A stretch of 64,000 bases of DNA, taken from positions 186,001 through 250,000 of the forward strand of contig RHPI01001737.1 in NCBI GenBank assembly GCA_009103225.1, read 5' to 3'. Within the stretch, counting starts at the first letter, position 1; every line of letters starts with the position of its first letter. Shown piece by piece: positions 11,352 through 22,647 of this stretch. The DNA comes from Chlorokybus atmophyticus (lineage: Eukaryota; Plantae; Mesostigma and Chlorokybus algae). The notes under the pieces were generated by a model that saw nothing but the letters and a program-made list of their open reading frames with translations, was not told the DNA's origin and made no database searches. The position numbers were made by a program, and so were the translations under genes.

Positions 11352-14049
11352 ATGGCGCGGGCTGGGAAGCCTGTGCACTGGGTGCTGCTGGTGGTGCTGC
11401 TGGCTGCTGCTGCGGGCGCTGCCAGGGCAGGGCTCCCGCTTGTGGGCGGACTTGTGGGAGGAGGAGGAGGAGGAGGAGGCAACTGCAACGATGAAGAGCA
11501 GAGCGGAAGCTGGTGGTGCAGGTACACACACGCACACAGAGAGGGTGTGCATGACCATGAGGGTGTATCCCACTGCATTGACGTGTACTCATGCATGCTG
11601 GTTCGCGCAGGTGGGGCTCCACTTTGGTGGGCGCGCCTGCCACCGACTTTTTCCCCGACATCCCTATCATCCCCTATGAGGTCAGCCGGCAACTGTGGCC
11701 ACAGATCATAGTGTGTGCAGTACAACCCTGTCGCAGTTCTCACTCTCTGGCGGTTGTTGTACTGTGAATGTCGTTCGTCGAAGTGAGCCCTCCCAACCCA
11801 CTGGTGGTTTTGGTTGGTGCACATGCGTGTGTGTTGCTGTTTCTCAGGGCCCCAAGAGCAAAAACCCTCTGGCGTTCAAGTGGTTCAACGCAGAGGAGTT
11901 CGTCCTCGGCAAACCCATGAAGGTGCGGATGGCGCGAGAGTTGAACCATCACCACTGCATGCACCAAGGGCATGTTGTCGATGTTGGTGTGTGGCAGGAG
12001 TGGCTCAAGTTCAGCGTTGCGTTCTGGCACACGTTCCGCGGCGACGGCAGCGACATGTTTGGTTCTCCTACGAAGCAGTGGCCGTGGGAGGACCCCGTCG
12101 ACGACCCCCTCCACGCCGCGTTCAAGCGCATGCGCGCCAACTTCGAGCTCATGCACAAGCTCGGCGTCGACCGCTGGTGCTTCCACGACCGCGACATCGC
12201 GCCCGTCGGAAAAGACCTAGCCGTGCGCAGCACGTGCATGCACGCATACCACAATCGCACGCACTCGGCATGCGCACATACGTGCATGCACGCGCGGACG
12301 CTCATGCGTGCACACAGACACATGCGCACGCAAGCTTGCGCGTACACACACTCTCACTGTACCGAAAGTTCTATCGTCTGCAGGAGACGGAGTTCAACCT
12401 TGACCAGGTCGTTCTCCTCGCGAAAGAGCTGCAGGAGAACACGACGATCCGTCCCCTGTGGGGCACCGCGCAGCTGTTCAAGCACCCCAGATACATGCAC
12501 GGAGCAGCAACAAGGTAAGGGGCGGGAACACCTGCGGTGGTGAGTGCGTGGATTGCGCATGGCGATGACGTGATGTGTTGTGTTGGCAGCCCAAGCGTCA
12601 ACGTGTTTGCGTTCGCGGCGGCGCAAGTGAAGAAGTGCATGGAGATCACGCACGAGCTCGGCGGAGAAAACTTTGTCTTCTGGGGAGGGTACGATGCTTA
12701 AACTCACACGCTCAATCTATAGTTGCTGTTGGTCTTGCTCCTATCGCTGACATGAGACTCCGCTTCTCTTTTTGTCTCCGATCATAGGCGGGAAGGCTAT
12801 TCCAGCCTGCTTAACACCGACCTCCAGAAGGAGCTCGACCACATGGTGCGTGCTTGCATGCGTGCATGTGCATGTATATGAGTGAGGGCATGCGTGTGCT
12901 TGCAATGGCAATGTGATGCCGGCAGTGTTTGATAGCTGCGTATGCGTTGCCGACTGTTACAATCCGTGTTCATGGTTAGGCGCTGTTCTTGCGTTTGGCG
13001 CTCGACTACAAGAACAAGATCGGTTTCAAGGGCACGCTCCTCCTCGAGCCCAAGCCTCAGGAGCCCACGAAGCACCAGTACGACTGGGACGCGGCCACGA
13101 CGATCGCGTTCCTGCAGCGCGGCAACTTCACGGACGAGGACTTCAAGCTCAACATCGAGTGCAACCACGCGCAGCTGGCGGGACACAGCTGCGAGCACGA
13201 GCTCGAGGTAGCGCGCGTACACGGCGTACTAGGGAACGTGGACGCCAACACGGGAGACGCGCAGACGGGATGGGACACGGACGAGTTCCTCACGGATCCG
13301 AGACAGGCAGCGCTTGTCATGCTCCCCGTCGTACGCCAGGTAACGCGCACATGTGTGTGCATACTTGCATGGTGACATGCACATGCATGCACACGAACGC
13401 GCGTGTGCGTGTCACCATGTATTGCCTGGCGATGGTTAGTGTTCCGTCTTGACTGCATTCGTCCCACTTGTCCAGGGCGGTTTGGGTACGGGCGGGTTCA
13501 ACTTCGACGCCAAGCTGAGGCGCGAGAGCACAGACGTGGAGGATATCTTCCTTGCCCACATCAGCGGCATGGACGCCCTCGCGCGCGGACTGCGCATTGT
13601 CGCCAGTCTTAAAGCGGTATGCGCTGCTGCCATCCACTAGCATATATCAGTCTACTTGTGTGCTTGACTTTGAAACAAATACACCCTTCGAGTACAGGAC
13701 GGCCGTCTGGACAGGCTTGTGGACGACAGATACGACTCGTGGGAGACGCAGCTTGGCAAGGCCATAGAGGTATGTTGGGTCCATGATTTACATGTGCTGA
13801 GATGACGACGATGATGTTGCTGACTAGTGTTTAACGCTTCTCGTTCCGCAGGCGGGTGAGATGGACTTTGACGCACTGGCCAAAGTGGCGCTGCAGAACC
13901 CGGAGCCAACCGTCACGTCTGGCCGCCAGGTGCGTGTTTGTGAATGCGTGCTTGTGAGTGGGCTCAGTTGCTGTATGCATATACTGAGATAAGTCACATT
14001 GGCCTGGCAGGAGTTGGCGGAGATGTACCTGAGCATGAGTCTATCGTAG
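11352..14049 (+). CDS. xylA: Xylose isomerase, plant class II type with N-terminal signal peptide (multi-exon)
   Basis: [118 protein letters not shown]; ends [12 protein letters not shown]. Confidence 0.95.
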
Positions 14050-16043
14050 ACGTCATGAGCAGTGGGGGGCGCTACGAATGGCAGATATGCGTTTCCGTTT
14101 GTTGGAGGGGAAATCCTTGTGAATATGACACTTTGAGATGCCACGCACTGTTAATGTGCACAAGCTTTCTTGTCACGGTGCATCACATAAACATAGGCTT
14201 GCAACTGAACTTGCATGCCTTTTTCTGTACACGTGCATGCTAGATATGGCACAAGCATAACCAATAGTAGAGTTGCTTAAAAAAAAAAACTCATCTTCTA
14301 TTGTTATGCATTAGCATGCATTGACAGTGGGTAGTCGCGATTGTCAGACAGCATGACGATTAGATGGTGCTCAAGTGACATGCCTCTTATAAAACAAGAT
14401 TCATAAGAACATGGGTGAGCTAGTTTTGGAAAATTATATCATACTATTGTACATAAGGACGGCCACATTCCTGGCCATCGATTGTCGTGCATGTCCAGAG
14501 GCAGTCAAACCTAGGCAGTGCTGGGTGAGCGGGTTATGGTTGCCATTGCAGTGCAAGTGTGGTGCTGTGCCACAAAGTGGTGTAATATTAGTACTCATTG
14601 CACTAGGGTACTAGTGTGAACATCATGTGTCATGCTGGTGTCTGGAAAGCTAATCATGGTAGTCATTATGCGATGCCTGCATTGCGAGTACACCAACCAC
14701 TTCTAAGCGTTTCGGGCTATCAATGTCGTCGTCGATCCATCGTCGTCTGTTGCTGTGTGTGTGCGCGCGTGTGGGGGCGTACATGTGTATGATTGTGCAC
14801 GCGTATACATACAAATCTAATTGTGCCATGCATGTCAACCACACCTGCTTGCAACATGCAACACGCACTCACTCGTCTCAGCAATGGCACAAACACCAAG
14901 CAAAGCGTTTGTATGAGATAATGGGCTATTTAAGGGTTGTATTGCAATAAATCACGTCGTGTAGCGTGCAAGCGTATGTGTGCAGCAGCCACCTTCTGGC
15001 GTCAAAAGATATATGTCGATATATCATTTGTTGTCAATGATATTTGCATGTCATTTATAAAACTCACATATTGCGTGCGCATCGTGTTTAAAACATAACA
15101 TCAAGAGCTCAAGGACATATCAAGCGAACAACAACGCCTGAATTCACAAACTTCAATGGTGTCTCAAGGTAATGTTGGTGCTAGTGCATCAATTGCATGC
15201 TGCCAGTCCGGCCTTAAGCCCGTGAGTTAAGGGCACATGTAACATGTACGAGGCGAGCTCCTCGAGGCTGTATTAATGCTATGGGCTCTTGCCAAGGTGC
15301 CCCATCTTGGCAGCAGGCCATGGTACTAGCACTCGGCGAGTTTTGTTACCATGGCCTAGTGGTTAAGGCGCCAGTGTTACAGCACACCTCCGCAACCGCT
15401 GCGGAGAGATAATATGCGATATATATATGTGTCCCGACACGGTGCTATACGAAGCAATATGCGGCATGTGATTGTATTTACAATTTGTCATGTTTGTTGA
15501 TGACATATATAAGTGCATGATTAAAATTGTTAAATACATTGATGCATCCAATGCGGTGTAAAGTAGGTTGTTGACGGATGGCTATGTTTGTTTGGAATTA
15601 TACAAAAAGTGCAACCAAAACACTGTTGGTTACACTGTTCCAATAGGTACTTTATATAATAATACAACTGCGCTTTTACAATTATGAAACGAACATGGGA
15701 GCTAGTATCCATCATCACGCGCTGCATATTTGCTGATTAAGGATGCGTCATCAACCTCCCTTGCACAAAACCACACGCAGGACGGTCTTGCTCCCTTACG
15801 AGATCGTACGAGAGCAAGGGTACCGTCAACTTTCGCTATGGTCAGCGCTTGTATGTGCGCATTAAATTTATTTTTGCACATGTAGCGTCCGGCAGTGATA
15901 GCGATCGCTTTGTCAATTATAACCACAAAGACGGCGATACTTTCGGTAGGGGACGCCAATTTAACAGTTGGCCAGCCAGCTTTGAACATCTGATTATCAT
16001 TGTTGCAACCGTGTCCCCCCCCCTCCCCTCCCCCCCCGCCCCG

Positions 16044-16684
16044 NNNNNNNNNNNNNNNNNNNNNNNNNNNNNNNNNNNNNNNNNNNNNNNNNNNNNNNNN
16101 NNNNNNNNNNNNNNNNNNNNNNNNNNNNNNNNNNNNNNNNNNNNNNNNNNNNNNNNNNNNNNNNNNNNNNNNNNNNNNNNNNNNNNNNNNNNNNNNNNNN
16201 NNNNNNNNNNNNNNNNNNNNNNNNNNNNNNNNNNNNNNNNNNNNNNNNNNNNNNNNNNNNNNNNNNNNNNNNNNNNNNNNNNNNNNNNNNNNNNNNNNNN
16301 NNNNNNNNNNNNNNNNNNNNNNNNNNNNNNNNNNNNNNNNNNNNNNNNNNNNNNNNNNNNNNNNNNNNNNNNNNNNNNNNNNNNNNNNNNNNNNNNNNNN
16401 NNNNNNNNNNNNNNNNNNNNNNNNNNNNNNNNNNNNNNNNNNNNNNNNNNNNNNNNNNNNNNNNNNNNNNNNNNNNNNNNNNNNNNNNNNNNNNNNNNNN
16501 NNNNNNNNNNNNNNNNNNNNNNNNNNNNNNNNNNNNNNNNNNNNNNNNNNNNNNNNNNNNNNNNNNNNNNNNNNNNNNNNNNNNNNNNNNNNNNNNNNNN
16601 NNNNNNNNNNNNNNNNNNNNNNNNNNNNNNNNNNNNNNNNNNNNNNNNNNNNNNNNNNNNNNNNNNNNNNNNNNNNNNNNNNNN
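16044..16684. other. Assembly gap (N run)
   Basis: Uninterrupted N run flanked by C-rich sequence. Confidence 0.99.
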
Positions 16685-18478
16685 CCCCTTTTACTCGTGT
16701 TGGCTATGGACGGTTGCTGATGTGGTTTGCATTCATACCTCTACATAATACGTTTGCACAGAACGTATCGTGTATATGTATGATTGTTATGTTAAAAAGG
16801 CTGGCATTAATCATTATCTGTTTGTTACTTATATTTGTAAGAAAAGATCAAATGGGGTTTCCATTGTATACGCATGTGTAACGCTTGTGGGGTGCGCTCT
16901 CATGTAGGCCTACTTTTAAGCGTATATCAAATTAAGTCTGTTAAACCTTATCAAGAAGTGTGAACTATTAAACAAGCAGTTCTTAGCGATGGTCATGGTG
17001 GCGACCCATCGATCCATATCATCTCCCTTCATTTTAATGCCTAATGAACGACACCAAATACGCGTGAAAGGCATTGTCGCCTCTTGCTGACTTTGGTAAA
17101 GCCTTCACATAGCGCGGGTTCAGGCGCATCCATGGTGACAGCAATGTCGCGAATTTGACACGGTGAGAAGGGACTGAGGGACTGTCGGGTGCCTGACCCT
17201 ATCTGACCCTAACGAACCTAACGACTTGAGCCAGAAAGGAACTGAATGGACCGCCGGTGCATGTTGTGGACAACATGAAACTGCCGACCGCCTATCGTAT
17301 AGTAAAGTGGACTATTGCCTACCAGTGATGATATGACAACAACATATTCTGACGGCTGATGGCGTGTGACACATGTGACATCTAATTATGATTAAGCGGT
17401 ACCAACATGTACCTGCAAAGGTACACATCACTAACGGCTGGTACATGTACCTTAAAGGTACTTTAAGATACCTGATAATTTCACTTAATTAGCGTACAGT
17501 CGCCAGTACCTAACTGTTAGGTAACGGTTACGTACTTGTCAGTTAGGCAAAGTCGCCTTATCGTTACTGAGAGGTAACATTAAGGTCCCTGTCAGTTAGG
17601 GTCAGTCCCTTCTTATGGACGGCCGCCAATCAATGGTGACGGCCGTTATGCTCAGGCCCCTATATTGAGATCGCCAGTAGATCGAACAACGACAGTCCAA
17701 CGAAGTATGCTCAGACACACGATCGTCCGATATATTTAATCGGCCGTTAAGGGTGACATTTTGCGACGAACATTCGTGGCCATGAAGATACTCCATAGGT
17801 AAGTGCGCACGGTGGCGTTGTCATAGAGTCCATCTGGCAGTTTATCCATGAACCCGATAACTCCACTACTTGAAGCCGCATGCCTCATCATGAAGCATAG
17901 AGGCAAATTAATACAAAGCCGATCATCAACCGAGCGGCTACAACAATTGTGAGCGCTGTCCCTTTCTATACATTAGCACGCAACAATTAATAATAAGCAG
18001 ACAATAGTGAACCGCATTTATTTTTGCAATGGCACAAATCAGTAATACAAGCAATAATTAAGGGCTGCCATAGCGTGTGCATGTTACACAAACGCCTAGG
18101 CCAGGACGTGGGAATGATTCCCACGTCCTGGCCTGGGCGTCCAACATGACGAGTGAGTGACCTATCATGTTACACATGGCACTCAATTGTGTTAGGGCAA
18201 GGGCAAGGGGCAAGGGCATACTTCTGGCGGTGGGGCCCCTAAAACGCTTGCATTTATTATAATGCATTATAACGTGATGTATGCGCGCATGCATGAGCTG
18301 GAGCCGCATGGTGCATTATGGATTTATGCAACCTCACATACCTCGACATGGTTTTTAAAGAAATCGGCGGTAAAATCACATTTAATGATTAATTAATCGT
18401 TTGCGCGATGGGTTAAGGGCACCCCATCGATATTGCTACAAAGAAGAAAGATTTGCAATTGCCCCTGCTCTTTATTAC

Positions 18479-19010
18479 TGAAACGGGAGCAATAGTATTG
18501 GGGACATTTTTGCGACCTAAGTTAGCTACATAAGCTTCATTTGTGTTAACTTATTGAATTAGTATCCTTATTTACTTATTTACACCTCTTTTCTACGGTG
18601 TTAATTATATCCGATTATAATATTCGATATAAGTCCCAACGGGTGTAGGACCGCCTTTTCAAGCATATTTTAGGTCGCATATATAATATGCGACCACCAT
18701 AGCCAGCTATCGCGATAGGTACCTTACCGTTAGGTGCCTTTATCGTTAAGTATCTGAGCTTTGATTGGCTCACGCCAGATTTCCAACGGTTACCCTATCT
18801 GTAGGGTTGTTATCTGATGTTTGGTTTGATATCAAGACACGTACGTGTGATAAACTCTTGATATAAAGGGTCCCATCAACTGATGGGACCTCATTCGGTA
18901 TGCTGCCACAACGTCATGCTGCCGGCGGCTTGACAGGCTTGTTGCTGGCGGTGTGGGTGTTGGGGTAGAGGATTAAAGGGTTGTCGGCGGCAACGCCGGC
19001 ATCTGTTACA
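18479..19010 (+). repeat. 5' LTR of Gypsy element 1
   Basis: Begins TGAAACGGGAGCAATAG and ends CATCTGTTACA; aligns with 29172-29694 with scattered substitutions and indels. Confidence 0.93.
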
Positions 19011-19011
19011 T

Positions 19012-19025
19012 TGGTATCCAGGAGC
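19012..19025 (+). promoter_or_regulatory. Primer-binding site, tRNA-iMet type
   Basis: TGGTATCCAGGAGC, 1 nt after the LTR, resembles the canonical TGGTATCAGAGC. Confidence 0.8.
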
Positions 19026-19916
19026 TGGTGGGTGACGTGAGTACTTATTGGCGACGGCACCCTGCTTTGCATCAATCGCAAGCGGCGGCAGCGGCCTCAC
19101 CAGCCGTCCACGCCACCTGCCTTTCAGGTTTGCTTCCCTGCGTTACCTCTACGTCGAGCAGTAGCCGATACCGCCGCCGATGTGAGAGGTGCACTGTCAT
19201 TTAGCGAGTTGTCCGTGACTTGCCCCGTGCTTGCGTGTGCTTACCAGGGCGTGCGTGTGCATGTGTTTGTCAGTGTATATTCACTGCTTGTCATGCCACC
19301 GCACTGTCATTGACTGTCGCTGCCTGTGAGTGCTTACCAGTGCATGTGTGCGTGTGGGCTTTCTATGCACTTCATCACTGCTTGTTACACCGTGATTGCA
19401 CTGTCATTGAGTTGCACGCAGTGATTGTTGCAACAGTCATTGCAGTGCATAGTCAGTGATTGCTGGTCATCGCTTTCTCATTGCCAATCACTGACTGCTG
19501 CTGCGACTCACCTGTTTGGGCAACACGCCCGTCCGTAAGTCCACCTTGGGCTGTTTCCGAACCCTCCCTCTCTGGCTTCTAGCCTGGAGACTGGGACTTG
19601 GTTTGGGTCAGTTGAAGGGACGGTCCAGAACATTTGTCCCCTCACCCGGGTAGTCCCAACAACTCCCTCTCTGCCTCAGTGCTGGAAATTGAGACTGTTT
19701 TGGGGACTATTTTAGGTTGGGGCCTTATCATAAGGGCCGATGATCGTCCCATTTAGACTTGTTCTGTTCGGTGACAATTCAGATTCATCTATTTCTATTT
19801 CGGGACTACTTTGGACTCTGTTTGGGACTTGAGCCAACTTGCAGTCATTCTGACCGTTTTGTTGAGCCTGTTCCATCAGCGAGATTCTCACTATCCCATT
19901 GCCTGTTGTGCAGACA

Positions 19917-21085
19917 TGGATGAGCACTTGGTGCCCACCTCAAAGGGGGAAAGTTTTGAAAAGGGGCAACCATCCCGTGAGGAGGAATTTCCTTCCATGG
20001 AAGATGTCCCAAACTCGGATGATGTACCGGATGAATCTCAAGCGGATAAAATCGTGGACGATTCGGTGGAGCCTGATGGCCCACCTCCGCCGCCATCTCC
20101 TGCAATTTTTGTTCACATGACGAAGCAAGATTTGATGGCCCATTTCCTTGGCACCTATGATGAGGATCCTCGTGAGGCCATTATCTCACTCATTAACTTC
20201 CTCTTTTATATGGCAGCAACCGTCTCAAAGCTCACCACGTTTAGGGGGCGGGATTGGGAGATACAGATGATTGACGGCAAACGTGTTTTTAATATGCTCG
20301 AGCGCCTTCCACGTAATGGCAATGGACCGCCTGTTCAGGCTCTCGCTCAACCTTCTGAGTTTGCTCCCAACAAGCAAACAGCCATTTTCAACTGGCTTGT
20401 GAAGCTTAATTACTATGTCAACTCCCTTCGCATTTTTGAGGAGGGAAAGTTGCGTGTTGCTGAGTTGCTAATTCCGGATGATGCTCTTCCAAAGTGGCAT
20501 TGCCGTAAGCAACGTGATGCGAATCTCGGGCGGGAAGTAAGCCAGCTGTGCGCTTTCATGGAACAGCGCTATGGCGGTACCGACCCTGCTCAGCAAGCTC
20601 GCAATCAACTTCACAACCTGTGACAGAATGGTCGTGCGGCAATACATTCAGGAGTTTCAATCATGTGTCAGCAAAAACAATTTTGGCCGTCTGCCTATCA
20701 GTGATGCTGATCAGTTGCACATGTTTAGGCGTGGCTTGAATCACGAGCTGCTTACGCATGTTGCCATCAACACATCCACACAGGCGGAGTGGCGTGCTGA
20801 AGAGCTACCTATGCTCATCACGATGGTGACAGCTATTGACAACGCCGTACATTCAGCTGCAAAGCCTGCTGCGCCATCATCAGCTCTCAAACGTCCTTCA
20901 CCTGACAGCAAGCTCATCATTTTGCAAAGAAGGTGAAGACAGCAGTAGCTGGATTTGCTTGTCCTTCTTCCGCTGCGAAGCCGACCCTGGTGTGCTCTTT
21001 TTGCAAAAAGTCGGGCCACACTGAGGGTACCTGCTATGCGAAGAAGAATAAGCAAGCCAAGCAGCAAAAGAAGGACAGCAAATAG
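19917..21085 (+). pseudogene. gag: gag of Gypsy element 1 (one premature TGA plus a frameshift)
   Basis: MDEHLV...YGGTDPAQQARNQLHNL*; YIQEFQSC...FRRGL; CCHC knuckle CSFCKKSGHTEGTC; ends KDSK-TAG at 21083-21085. Confidence 0.85.
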
Positions 21086-22390
21086 GAACTGTCCGTGATT
21101 GGCATTAGCATGTTGCAGAGGAATACATTAATCTCTATACTTTTTGATAAAGTTTCTGCTCTGTGTGCTATTTCAAATGTGTGGACTGATATAAACAACC
21201 CCGTTGATTCTAACACGAGTGGTTGTGTTTTCATTAATGTGCCATTTTTTGAGTTGTTGTTTGCAATCAAACAATTGCACGAGGTGCAATCGCAACATTC
21301 CCTCACTGCATGCGTTGTGGTACCTCGGTATCATGGCCGTGGTCCAAACACTTAAAGGGGGGAGAGGTGATTGCTCAACTCACACGAAACGAAACAAGAA
21401 CATTACCACTTCAGGTAATTTTTATAAAAACCGCAACCAATCACGGCATTCCAACATTGGCAACTTTTGGTGGTAGATCAGTACCACTTAAGTGGCGTTT
21501 GAGAGTCAGTTTATGGGTGCCTCGTGCACATCACTATTTAACACAGGTGCAAACCACAGTTTTGTGGAACACGCTTGGGTAAAAAGAAATAACATCGCAT
21601 TTACACTAATCGCATTGTATGTACGAGCAGCTGCTTCTACTCTTAATGCTTTAAGAAAAGTGAAAGGACGCTTTGTTATTGCCGGTTGTAAAACACATAC
21701 CACATTTATTGTGGTGCACATTGGGATTCACGGTGTTGACTTTGTGTTAGGTGAACCGTGGTAAACCGAAGCGAGTATGCTACTTGATGCTCAAAATGGC
21801 ACGTGCACTTTGAGGAGGGAAACACGCTCTTTTACCTTAAAAGTGGCACATGTGGTACATGATAACAAGCATGCTACTTCACTTCTCTCAGCTATGCAAC
21901 TTAAGCGTTGCATACGCAAACGGGAGGAAGTGTACTTGTTGCACGTACACGAGGTAACAACACCTGAAAACGATGGTGTACAAGACCCCGTTGTGCAATC
22001 ACTTACACAGCAGTATTTTTATGTTTTTTAGGAAGAACTCCCTAAGCTTCCTCCTGATAGAAACATTCACCACACCATTCCACTCAAAGAGGGAGCTAAG
22101 CCACCATGTGGCCTGGTGGCCTATTTATAGGCTAAGTCCCTTAGAGCATGCGGAAATGGGAAACCAGCTAATGGATTTGCTCGATAAAGGTTTAATTACC
22201 AAGAGTATCTCCCCATTCGGAGCACGTAATCTATTTGTGCCCCAAAAGAATGGCAAGTTGCGAATGTGTGTGGATTATCGAGCATTAAATAACTTATTTA
22301 ATGCCTTGAAGGTGACTTTAAAAAAACAGTTACCCTTTGCCCAGAATTGATGATTTGTTTCATAAGTTGTCAGGTGCCGGAGTGTTTAGC

Positions 22391-22647
22391 CCACTTATTA
22401 AGAGTCATAAGAAAATCGTACATGGATTCCGAGGCGGGGTCTCGTAGTGGTATTTCTTTTCGAGTGTTCCTTTTAGCCTTTGTGGTTAACTTCTGCTTAA
22501 TATCAGAGACCGTTTGCGCAAGATCATACAGCTGGTTAAGTATTTCATTATTCACCTCCCGCTGTTTGATTGCTCCGGTGGCTGCAATAGCAGCGTAGTA
22601 TTCAGTTTTCTGTGAACTACTTTTGTTAGACCACTGAGTTGTGTTCC
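22391..22647 (-). other. Foreign ~257-bp insertion inside RT, with an open frame on minus
   Basis: Compared with element 2 (…VFS|TLELTSGYHQ), this block lies between FS and TL. No TIR or clean TSD is visible. Confidence 0.8.

Noticed and set aside
15345-15400. tRNA gene (A-box-like TGGCCTAGTGGTTAAGGCG)
   Set aside because: No T-arm/B-box (GTTCRA), no anticodon stem pairing and no acceptor stem; kept only as part of the hairpin-cluster finding.
15849-16881. Long ORFs spanning N runs (also 47429-47857 and 57933-58940)
   Set aside because: Their length comes from X codons in assembly gaps.
20621-20623. TGA in element 1 gag as a programmed stop or readthrough site
   Set aside because: Element 2 has an Arg codon at the equivalent position, consistent with a CGA-to-TGA decay mutation.
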